DNA of 64,000 nucleotides from Octopus vulgaris (Eukaryota): NCBI GenBank assembly GCA_951406725.2, contig OX597835.1, positions 2,418,001 to 2,482,000 of the forward strand, read 5' to 3'. Shown piece by piece: positions 54,670 to 64,000 of this stretch (position 1 is its first letter; each line of letters starts with the position of its first letter). The notes under the pieces were generated by a model. It saw only the letters and a program-made list of their open reading frames with translations, ran no database searches and was not told where the DNA came from. The position numbers and the translations under genes were made by a program.

Positions 54670-56640
54670 TCTTTTATCTGAACTCCAATTAGAAAATTTA
54701 AAAATAGACGGTGGTTTATATAGGGATGACCTTCTACTAATTACTAAGAATTGCACTAATAGGAACCTAGAAGTATATAATAAAAAACTTTATAGTTTCT
54801 TTAAAAGATATGGTTTAAGTATTACTATATATAATGAGAATTTTAATGTTAATTATTTAGATGTTAATTTTAATCTAATTACAGGTAAAACACAACCATA
54901 TCATAAACTTAATGATAACCTTAGATATATAAGTGTTAATAGTAATCACCCACCATCAATTAAAAAATCGTTGATTAATAATATAAGTAAACGTATATCA
55001 TTACTTTCTTATGATTTAGAGATTTTTAATAAACATGCACCTTATTACAATGAGGCCCTTAGAGAGGCAGGTTATAATAGTAAGATTAAATTTTTTATTA
55101 AAAAGAAAGATATAACTATTAATATTAGAGATACAATATTAATAATAATTATAATAATTTTGTTAGTAATAGTGGTAATAATCTTAGAAATTATAAAAAT
55201 AAAAATAATATAAATAAAAATAAGAATAAAAATAAAAATAAAATTAATAACTTTAATAATTCTTTAAATGTTAATTATAAATATAAATCTAATAATAATA
55301 ATAATAATAATAATAATATGATAAAGAAATATAATAATAATAATGGTAACAATAATAATGACAGTTTTAATAATAAGAAGAAGGAAAATAAGAATAAAAT
55401 TTGGTTAATAGTTCCTTATGGTGCTCAAGTTAAAACGAACATTATTAAAGAGATTTTAGATATTATTGAACTATTTATTCGAGATAATCGTAAATATAAA
55501 AACATTTTCTCTAGTAATAATTTTGGAGTAGGTTATTCCACCACTAATAGTGTAGGTAACATTATTTCTTCTATTAACAAATTTAAACTGAATAATTTTT
55601 ATAAAAATAAATTATATAATAATACCAATAATACAGATAAGACACTAATTAACTGTACATGTAGAGATAAAACTAAATGCAAATTAAATAATAAATGTGA
55701 TATTAACGATGTAGTGTATAAATGTATAGTTACATTACATGATGAGAATAATAATAAGAATAATAACTCAAACGCGATATATATAGGGTCCACTTCCTCT
55801 AAAATAAAATTAAGAATTGCACAGCATATGCATTCATTTAAAAATAAAAACTTAATTAACTCCACTGGACTTAGCAAGTACATTTGGGGACTTAAATTCC
55901 AAAATATTAATTATAATTTATCTTGGGAAATAATTAGTAAGGCTAAATCATATAGTATAGGAACGAATTTTTGTTATTTATGTTCAAATGAGTTTAAGGA
56001 AATTTTATTTTATAAGCATGATAATTTAGTGAAAACCTGTGATGAGCGCAAAATAAAATGTAGACACAAGTTGCTTTACTTATATAATAAATTTCTTGAT
56101 AAATAATGAATATTTCTTAGCCTTAATTATCTCCCTATTTGTTGTTTAATGTAATAGTATTCTAAATATAGCAGGTGATTTGTAGTACTTATTATATTAG
56201 TTTATTTTAGTTATTTAGGTTCAGTTTTTAATTATAGTTAGATTATATATAGTTGTTCATTTTATTACTAAATATTTTATTACTAAATATATTTTTAATA
56301 AATATTTAATGATTTATTGAATATAGAGTCTGATACTTCAATTAACCTGAAGATTGACTGTAACCATAACTCGAATTATTACGAATTGTACAGCCATGAA
56401 ACGATCGTAGTGTTTTACTCTTTATTTTTTATTAAACTTTTAATACTTTTGATATATATTTAAAATAATATAAATTAATTAACTTTATGTATTGGCTTAT
56501 GTTTTTCATTGTTTGATTTGCCTAATAGTGGTTTTATTTCTAATTTAATATAATATAAAATAATATATTTATACTATAAAATTGGATTTAATCCTAAATC
56601 TGATTTTTCCCTGTAAGTTTGGATTTATTCCCTAATATTT

Positions 56641-56650
<10 letters not shown>
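54670..56650 (+). mobile_element. Penelope-like retroelement, 5'-truncated: RT C-terminal half, GIY-YIG and 3' pLTR; pLTR-end copies at ~38370-38520 and 48580-49030
   Basis: GGLYRDDLL, VNYLDVNF, YISVNSNHPPSIKK, VVYKC..YIGST..KLRIAQH..STGLSKYIWGLK..CYLC; frameshift in an Asn-rich linker. Confidence 0.9.
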
Positions 56651-56681
<31 letters not shown>

Positions 56682-56712
56682 TTTAAACATATGTAAATAT
56701 ACACATACATAA

Positions 56713-56783
<71 letters not shown>

Positions 56784-57311
56784 GGTAGGTAGGTAGATAG
56801 ATATCGTAGGCTATTTAAATACCACTTGCAGTAAACAGACCCGTACCTCCAAAATACACACGAGCAATGCAACGAATATAGCAGAAGCAGGCTTTCCTTT
56901 CGTGGAATACAGAAGTAAGAAATGTGTCTATTTCAGGATCAATTGATTTCACCCTCTCTATGCAAAAACCTAGTTTGAGCTCATCAGTTGGAAATAACTC
57001 GTTCAACATCTACTTCTGAAATATTCATCACATTTCCTCGGTTTACTGATACTAACATCTGGAGAGAATTCACTGTCCACCAGTGTTTGTTACGAGTCGA
57101 ATATTATCAACAACATCCTTCCGTTCTTCACTAAATGCACTAAATGGGTCTCAGATAGTCAAATATATTACTTTTGTAGTTCACCAGAATTGCTAACTAC
57201 ATTTATCAATTTTCTACATCTATCTTTATCCATTCAACTTTGTGCGTGCATCGATGGCAATTCTCTATATGTTTCATTTGCTAGAGATCTTCATCTTTTT
57301 GAAGTTGAACG

Positions 57312-57451
57312 TAGCTTGCTTACGAACCACATAGTTCCGGGTTCAGTCCCATTGCGTGGCACCTTGGGCAAGTGTCTTCTACTATATTCTCGGGCCGACC
57401 AAAGCCTTGAGAGTGGATTTGGTAGATGGAAACTGAAAGAAGCCCCTCGTA

Positions 57452-57530
<79 letters not shown>

Positions 57531-57732
57531 ATATGTTTGTGTGTCTATGTTTGTCTCCCCCCGAACATCGCTTGACAACCGATGCTGGTGTGTTTACGTC
57601 CCCGTAACTTAGCGGTTTGGCAAAAGAGACCGATAGAATAAGTACTGGGCTTGCAAAGAATAAGTCCTGGGGCCAATTTGCTCGAATAAAGGCTGTGCTT
57701 CAGCATGGTCACAGTCACATGACTGAAACAAG
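57312..57732 (+). mobile_element. SINE family 1; 3' halves also at ~6380-6610, ~9700-9925, ~35738-35945 and ~52330-52490
   Basis: Sequence match to 693-1122. Confidence 0.8.
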
Positions 57733-60252
57733 TGCATCAGAACCTAAGAAATACTGAGGTAATACTATTTTGATTCAAGCCAGTGCTTTGAATCGCTATT
57801 TCGTTTCTCTCTTCCTTTTGTTTTGATGTGATTTAGATATCAAGTCTCTACCATGTGAACTGGAAAAGGCATTTCGTTTATGTTTCCAAGAAATAAAGCA
57901 TCGTAGTCGTTCTTCCTCTGATTTTTCATTAAATACTAGTAATACTGTAATTTGTAATGAATTTGCACAGCAGGCATTTTTAGTGGGATCTTAGATATCA
58001 GCCGAAGAACTTAGACATAAAACCCGTCCATCATGCAGAACTTTTTGAAATCCACTCTAAGCTATGCTGAAAAGATGTTACAACTCAACTTTACTTATTC
58101 AAATTCCTGTAACATTTTTCCTGAGGAAAACTGTGAACTAATTTCTTATTTTTTTTATTGCCCACAAGGGGCTGAACATAGAGGGGACGAACAAGGACAG
58201 ATAAAGGGATTAAGTCGATTACATCGCCCCTAGTGCGTAACTGGTACGTAATTTATCGACCCCGAAAGGATGAAAGGCAAAGTCGACCTCGGCGGAATTT
58301 GAACTCAGAACGTAAAGGCAGACGAAATACTGCAAAGCATTTCGCCCGGCGTGCTAAAGTTTCTGTCAGCTCACCGACTTCGCTGTGAACTAATTTCCTG
58401 ACACACAGATGTCGCTCTGTCGTTCAGTGATGAACATTGACGTAACAGAATATAAATTTAATATTGTTTGAAATGACTTATTCTTTATTATGCCTCCACG
58501 CAAGTGTCCGAGCAACAAAGACTAGTAATATTGAATCTCATCTCATTAATCATGTCTTTCACAAACCCACCTACGCCCTCACACACACACATATATATAT
58601 ATATAAATATTACCGAAATATATATGTATATGTATACATACATAGCAAGTTGAGACTGAGATAAGAAGAAGAAAGTTGGAGCAACCAGACTATATATATA
58701 AATACCATCATCTAATTTGAACTTTACCGTTAGAATATAACAAGTATGTAACATTCAAATTATTCATTGTGACTGTTTGTAAATTAGTAATAACAATGTA
58801 CAGAGTGTTATGGTAATGATGATGTCTTATAGAGGTAGAATGTGTGTTTATTAGCTTCGTTTTTTTGTTGCCTGTATTCATGTGTACAACCGAAGAACCT
58901 GAAACAGAGAAAGTATCTTTCAAGATTTTCGCCTCACAGTTCAGCGCTTGCACTTGGTGAATATGCATGGTTTTAATCTTTACTTTTGGGATAAACTGTA
59001 GCTTTTCTAGTTTTTTTTTTTTTTTTGGCTAATTCAAATCGGTTGTTAAGAAGCAAATGAGAATATTAGTGTTGGCTACTACAGCTTTATATTTGTCATA
59101 AGTACTCGAAAAATGTTCTCATTTACTCACTTTATCGAGAGGCAACAATTAAAAATGATTCTAAAACATTATATCGGCCAAAATTATAAATATTCGTTAA
59201 TACTTAAAACTATTGTTGCAATTAGTCACATTACTAATTGTTGAAATGATCATTAAATGTCTTTGACGATATGTCAGCTGGAGTAGGAATAACTTGTTCC
59301 TAAACAACAATTTGGAATATGCAGCGATTTTCTAGTATCAATATACATGTTCGCATAAGGCGGCGAACGAGTAGTTACGTTAGCAACGCCGGGCGAAATG
59401 CTTTGCAGTATTTCGTATGCCATTACGTTTTGATTTCAAATTCTGCCGAGGTCGACTTTGCCTTTCATCCTATCGGGGTCGATAAAATTATGTACCAGTT
59501 ACGCACTGGAGTCGATGTAATCGACTTAATCCGTTTGTCTGTCCTTGTTTGTCCCCTCTATGTTTAGCACCTTATGGGTAATAAAGAAATAGAGATTTCG
59601 TCTATATTTACGATCCAAGTTCAAATTCCGATAAATTAGGTACCTGTTTCGTACTGGGGTCAATCTAATCGACTGGCCCTTCCTCCAAAATTTCGGACCT
59701 TGTGCCTCGAGTAGAAAAACAAAAGAATATATGTTTGCATCTAAAAAACAACATATAGACATTGTCGTGTTTTCATCGAAAAGTTTGACGTCTCCACTGA
59801 AGAACATGGACATTATAGAGGACATAGATTTGATACTGCTTAAAATCACCTTTTTTTTTATCTAATTGCTATTTATTAATTATTAGTTCTCACTCAGTTC
59901 GAACACCGCCGAGGTCGACTTTACTTTTCATCGGTTCGAGGTCGATAAATCAAGTACCAGTTGAGTACTGGGGTCGATATGATCGTCTGTCTCCCACCGC
60001 ACATAATCCAGGTATTCTTCCAGGAACCATAGTCTGTTAGTATCACGTAAGCCTGGAGTCGGGAACAATGACCTGCCTTGTAAACACTATACAGACACAA
60101 AACTGTGTGTCGATGGCCAGCAGGAAAAGATGGGGCTTCAACAACAGCAACATCGTCCTCTATAGGACCGTCACGCTCTGTTGGCAAATAAACTTCGCTG
60201 TGAAGTACTGATATTATATATCTCGCGTTGAGAGATTTAAAACAATTTTACA

Positions 60253-60312
<60 letters not shown>

Positions 60313-60687
60313 GTATTTGACAAGCCTCAAATACTTATTTCGGACAGAAGTAAAACCAATATAGCTATAGAAGCAATATACTTTTGAAGTAAGAACATTT
60401 CATTCACAGTCAACCGTATGGAGAATATTTACGGACAAATGCTTCGAAGACATCATCTTCACCTCAGTTATATATTTACATTAGTACTTTTGGTGGAATT
60501 TAATTTGCATCAGTACTATTGGTGCAATTAAATTAGCTACTTATTGTTTAAACGATAATGTCATGATGCTCGGATTTTCAGTGAAATAAGTTTGGATAGC
60601 GAAAAAAATAAGTGTTACCTAAATTTCAGCTGCAGATTCCGTTTCTAATGACTCCCGTTGTTTTATTTCTCTATCAGTAGGTGCGTG

Positions 60688-60751
60688 ATGAAAAGCATCA
60701 GTGTCCTATTGTTTTGTGTATTCATTTCATACACCTTCTCCGATAAACAAA
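60688..60751 (+). CDS. Gene G, coding exon 1 (signal peptide): MKSISVLLFCVFISYTFSDKQ
   Basis: One substitution versus exon 1 of E; intact acceptor, ATG and gtaagt donor. Confidence 0.8.
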
Positions 60752-61417
60752 GTAAGTATAATAAGAAATATCTTTCATTTTATAGTCATCAGGTATGTAG
60801 TGGGAGAAAAGAGGGAGAGAAGAAAAATGAATAACCTTACCCCAGCGGTACTTCGTATGGACCCCATTTATATGTAATGACAACTTTGAAATCAATAACT
60901 CTACACATAGGTCAAATATTCAGAATTACGATTCTTCAACATAATATAAAACATTTCATTAACAATATGACTGACGAATCTTTTATATACAAACCAAGAA
61001 GAATTCTAGTGGTGTGCTCTGATCTGTTACTTCTATATAAGATCAGAAGGTAAGCACGGCCGAAATGCCGCTAAGCATATAGCCTGTCGAGCTAAGAATT
61101 CCGTCAGTTCGCCACCGCCTTTTGGACTCATAATTATTAAAATCATTAAAGAATAGAATCAGCAGGAGCTGTATATAATGTCTCGTGCTTTTTTTGTTTC
61201 TTTTCTTTTCTTCTCTTTCCTTTTAATTGCTCCATTGGTTTTTATCTCCTTTATGCATTAGAAATGTCCATCACTACAGTGATGGGCCATATTAACAGTC
61301 TGAGAGAGGAAATATGAGTTCCAGTCGTAATGATCCTGCATCTTTTGTGTATTTCTACACAAAACTTTGGTAAATTGATATCTAATTCTTCCGTGTGTAT
61401 TTCAATGTCTCTTTCAG

Positions 61418-61478
61418 AAATCTCTCCAGTCCATCAACCGAAAGGAGCTAATGTAATTTTGAATGAAATGGCTCGTCG
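61418..61478 (+). CDS. Gene G, coding exon 2 (propeptide): KISPVHQPKGANVILNEMAR(R); knottin exon not found within the window
   Basis: ctctttcag|AA...CG|gtaaga; 61 nt, open frame, paralog of E exon 2. Confidence 0.78.
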
Positions 61479-61984
61479 GTAAGAACTACATATCTACATC
61501 TTTTATATATGTAATTAATTAACTATTGCCCAGGCGGTAAGCTGTCACAATCATTAGCACTCTGGATAAAACACTTTGTGGCACTAATTCCGGCTTTAAG
61601 TTTGGGGTTGAAATTTGGCCGATGTTGACTGCATCTTCCATTATTTCTGGGTCGCTGAAATAAATGCTAGCTGGGAGCAAGTGTCCATGTAACAGAGTAG
61701 CAGCCTCCATCAACGTTTCAGGCCCTAGTGTCTATGATAGAAAAGTTATATGTATATGTATGTATGTGTATGTGTTTGTGTGTGCGTACGTGGGTGTGTA
61801 CGGATGAATGGATGAACGAAAGAAATGAAACTCTTTTTCTAATAACTGATGCCTATTTTCTACACTACACTCGGGCCGACCCAAGCCTTGGAAAAGTGAA
61901 CTTGGAAAACGGAAACTGAAAATAAGTCCGTTATATACATACATACATACATACATACATACATACATACATACATACATACAT

Positions 61985-62077
<93 letters not shown>

Positions 62078-62398
62078 GAAACGATCAACGTCACCCTTTT
62101 CAAGCTTAGCCAGCTCATGGACCCGGGTTCCCGGTTTCTCGGTTTTGAGTTCCCTCTCCCCAGCTGGACAGGACGCTAGCCCATCCAAGCGAGAGAGAGA
62201 GAGAGAGAGTGAGAGAAAGAGTACAACAGGGGTCGCCACCACCTGCCTGAAATTCGTGGAGCCTTTATGTGTTTCCGCTCAATAAACACACACAACGCCT
62301 GGTCTGGGAATCGAAACCGCGATCCTCCGACCGCGAGTCCGCTGCCCTAACCAGTAGGCCATTGCGCCTCCACGCACACACACATTCACACACATCTG

Positions 62399-62430
<32 letters not shown>

Positions 62431-62706
62431 TGTATGTATGTACGTTCGTGTGTGTGTATGTATGTCCTTCACTACGACTTCCACGTTGATGTTAAAGATC
62501 TATTGCCGTATCATCGTGAACCGCCAGTTCTCTCCTTGTTTCTCAACAACCTAATGAATGATATCTATTCTCCATACTCACAACACGAGTGTAATGTCAG
62601 TATAATATTGCAGTCAGCATCATACCGTTATCCATCACGTGAATCGTATTTTGTGAACTACAAACTCAGCTTGCATGCGTGTGTGTATGTTTGTGTGTGT
62701 GTGCTT

Positions 62707-62753
<47 letters not shown>

Positions 62754-63590
62754 TGTTGTATATGTGTGTGTGTTGTATGTGTGTCTGTGCATGCGCGCCC
62801 CTGTGCGTGTGTGTTGTATGTGTGTGTGTGTGGGTGTTTGGCAAGAATGTCATGTCTAAAATGGAATGTAGAATCTTGAAATCATTTTTGGACAGTTACC
62901 GAAATCTTTCCCACAGGTAGAGCAGAATCGACGTGTTCCGGTTCCGGAATGCCTACGACGTAGCATTGCAGTTGGAAAGAAATGCACCAGTCGCATTTCC
63001 AGGACAATTGCTTTCAATGATTGTTGCTATTCTGCACATTGCTGCGCATTTACCCATGCATTAATTCTTTCTGGTATCAGACGAATACCTGGGGTACCTG
63101 TTCATCGATTATTTTTCAAGTTATTCCATGCCGAGATTGGTAGCTGAAATCACTAAGAGACAAAAGAAATAGAGAAGCCATTAATTGAAACCTACGTAAA
63201 ATGATGTTCTTTTAGAAAGTTCTATATTTGAAAAGATGACGATTTCATGATTTTCTGTGTGAGGATCATATGATACATTTGTTTTGCAGTAAACGGTTAT
63301 GTTTATCCAGGTATGGTGTTAGATACCAGTGCAACATATATACACAATCTACATCGAAATGTTAAGGATAGACTGATTTTAGTTATAGAAAACAGAGAAA
63401 ATACTTTTGACTGTGAACATTTCAAATATAGCGTTCCGTCAAATGCGAATTGCTTGGGGCAGAAATAAAAATCATAGAGTTATACAAGTCAGATATGCTT
63501 GAAGTAAGAACATTTCATTCACAGTAAACAAAATGGAGAATATTTACGGACAAATGCTTAGAATATATATATATATATAAATATATATAC

Positions 63591-63657
<67 letters not shown>

Positions 63658-64000
63658 CAAGATAAGAAAATGGAGAAATACATCTAAATCAAATATCAAT
63701 TACCAGATAATACTCAATCACATACTTTATTAAACCACCACATAAGAGACTGTAGGGTTAGATATAAAATCAGTGTACATAAAGAATGTAGATAAGAAAG
63801 TGTACATAAGAAAGTAATGTTGTATAATAAGTAGAATATATATAGAAAAGAGAATATAAATATAAGTAAATATAAATATAAGTATAGATTACATCTTACA
63901 GCTGTTTCGGCCATGTAGATAAGTATGTCTCATTTTACCAATATTAGCCCTTTATGGTAGGTCAATATATAGATGTAAATGAGACATTTACAAAAATATC

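Noticed and set aside
63290-63365. Possible exon 3 of gene G (ttttgcag|T, KRLCLSRYGVRYQCNIYTQSTSKC*)
   Set aside because: Correct phase and a KR, but only 3 Cys and no CC or CxC framework; likely chance.

Overview
AT-rich, microsatellite- and SINE-dense animal DNA; the SINE families look like those of Octopus/coleoid cephalopods (inference). Most of the window is repeats: three SINE families, Penelope-like pieces with hammerhead-ribozyme motifs, R4/Dong-like and L1/Tx1-like LINE remnants, a mariner remnant, a solo LTR and a Gypsy 5' remnant. Hidden among them, and largely missed by the ORF track, is a cluster of seven paralogous small spliced genes in strictly alternating orientation (A+ B- C+ D- E+ F- G+). 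Four (B, C, D, E) can be fully assembled by hand from GT-AG exons with identical intron phases (1, 2). Each has a 64-70 nt signal-peptide exon, a 55/61 nt propeptide exon, and a last exon with a KR/RR convertase site followed by an 8-Cys knottin (C-C-CC-x4-CxC-x6/8-CxC, agatoxin/agatoxin-like-peptide framework). A, C, D and E end in a GPI-signal-like hydrophobic tail, suggesting natural membrane-tethered toxin-like peptides. B stops right after the last Cys and keeps a decayed tail behind the stop, so it is probably a secondarily soluble form. F is an orphan signal exon; A and G are incomplete in this window.
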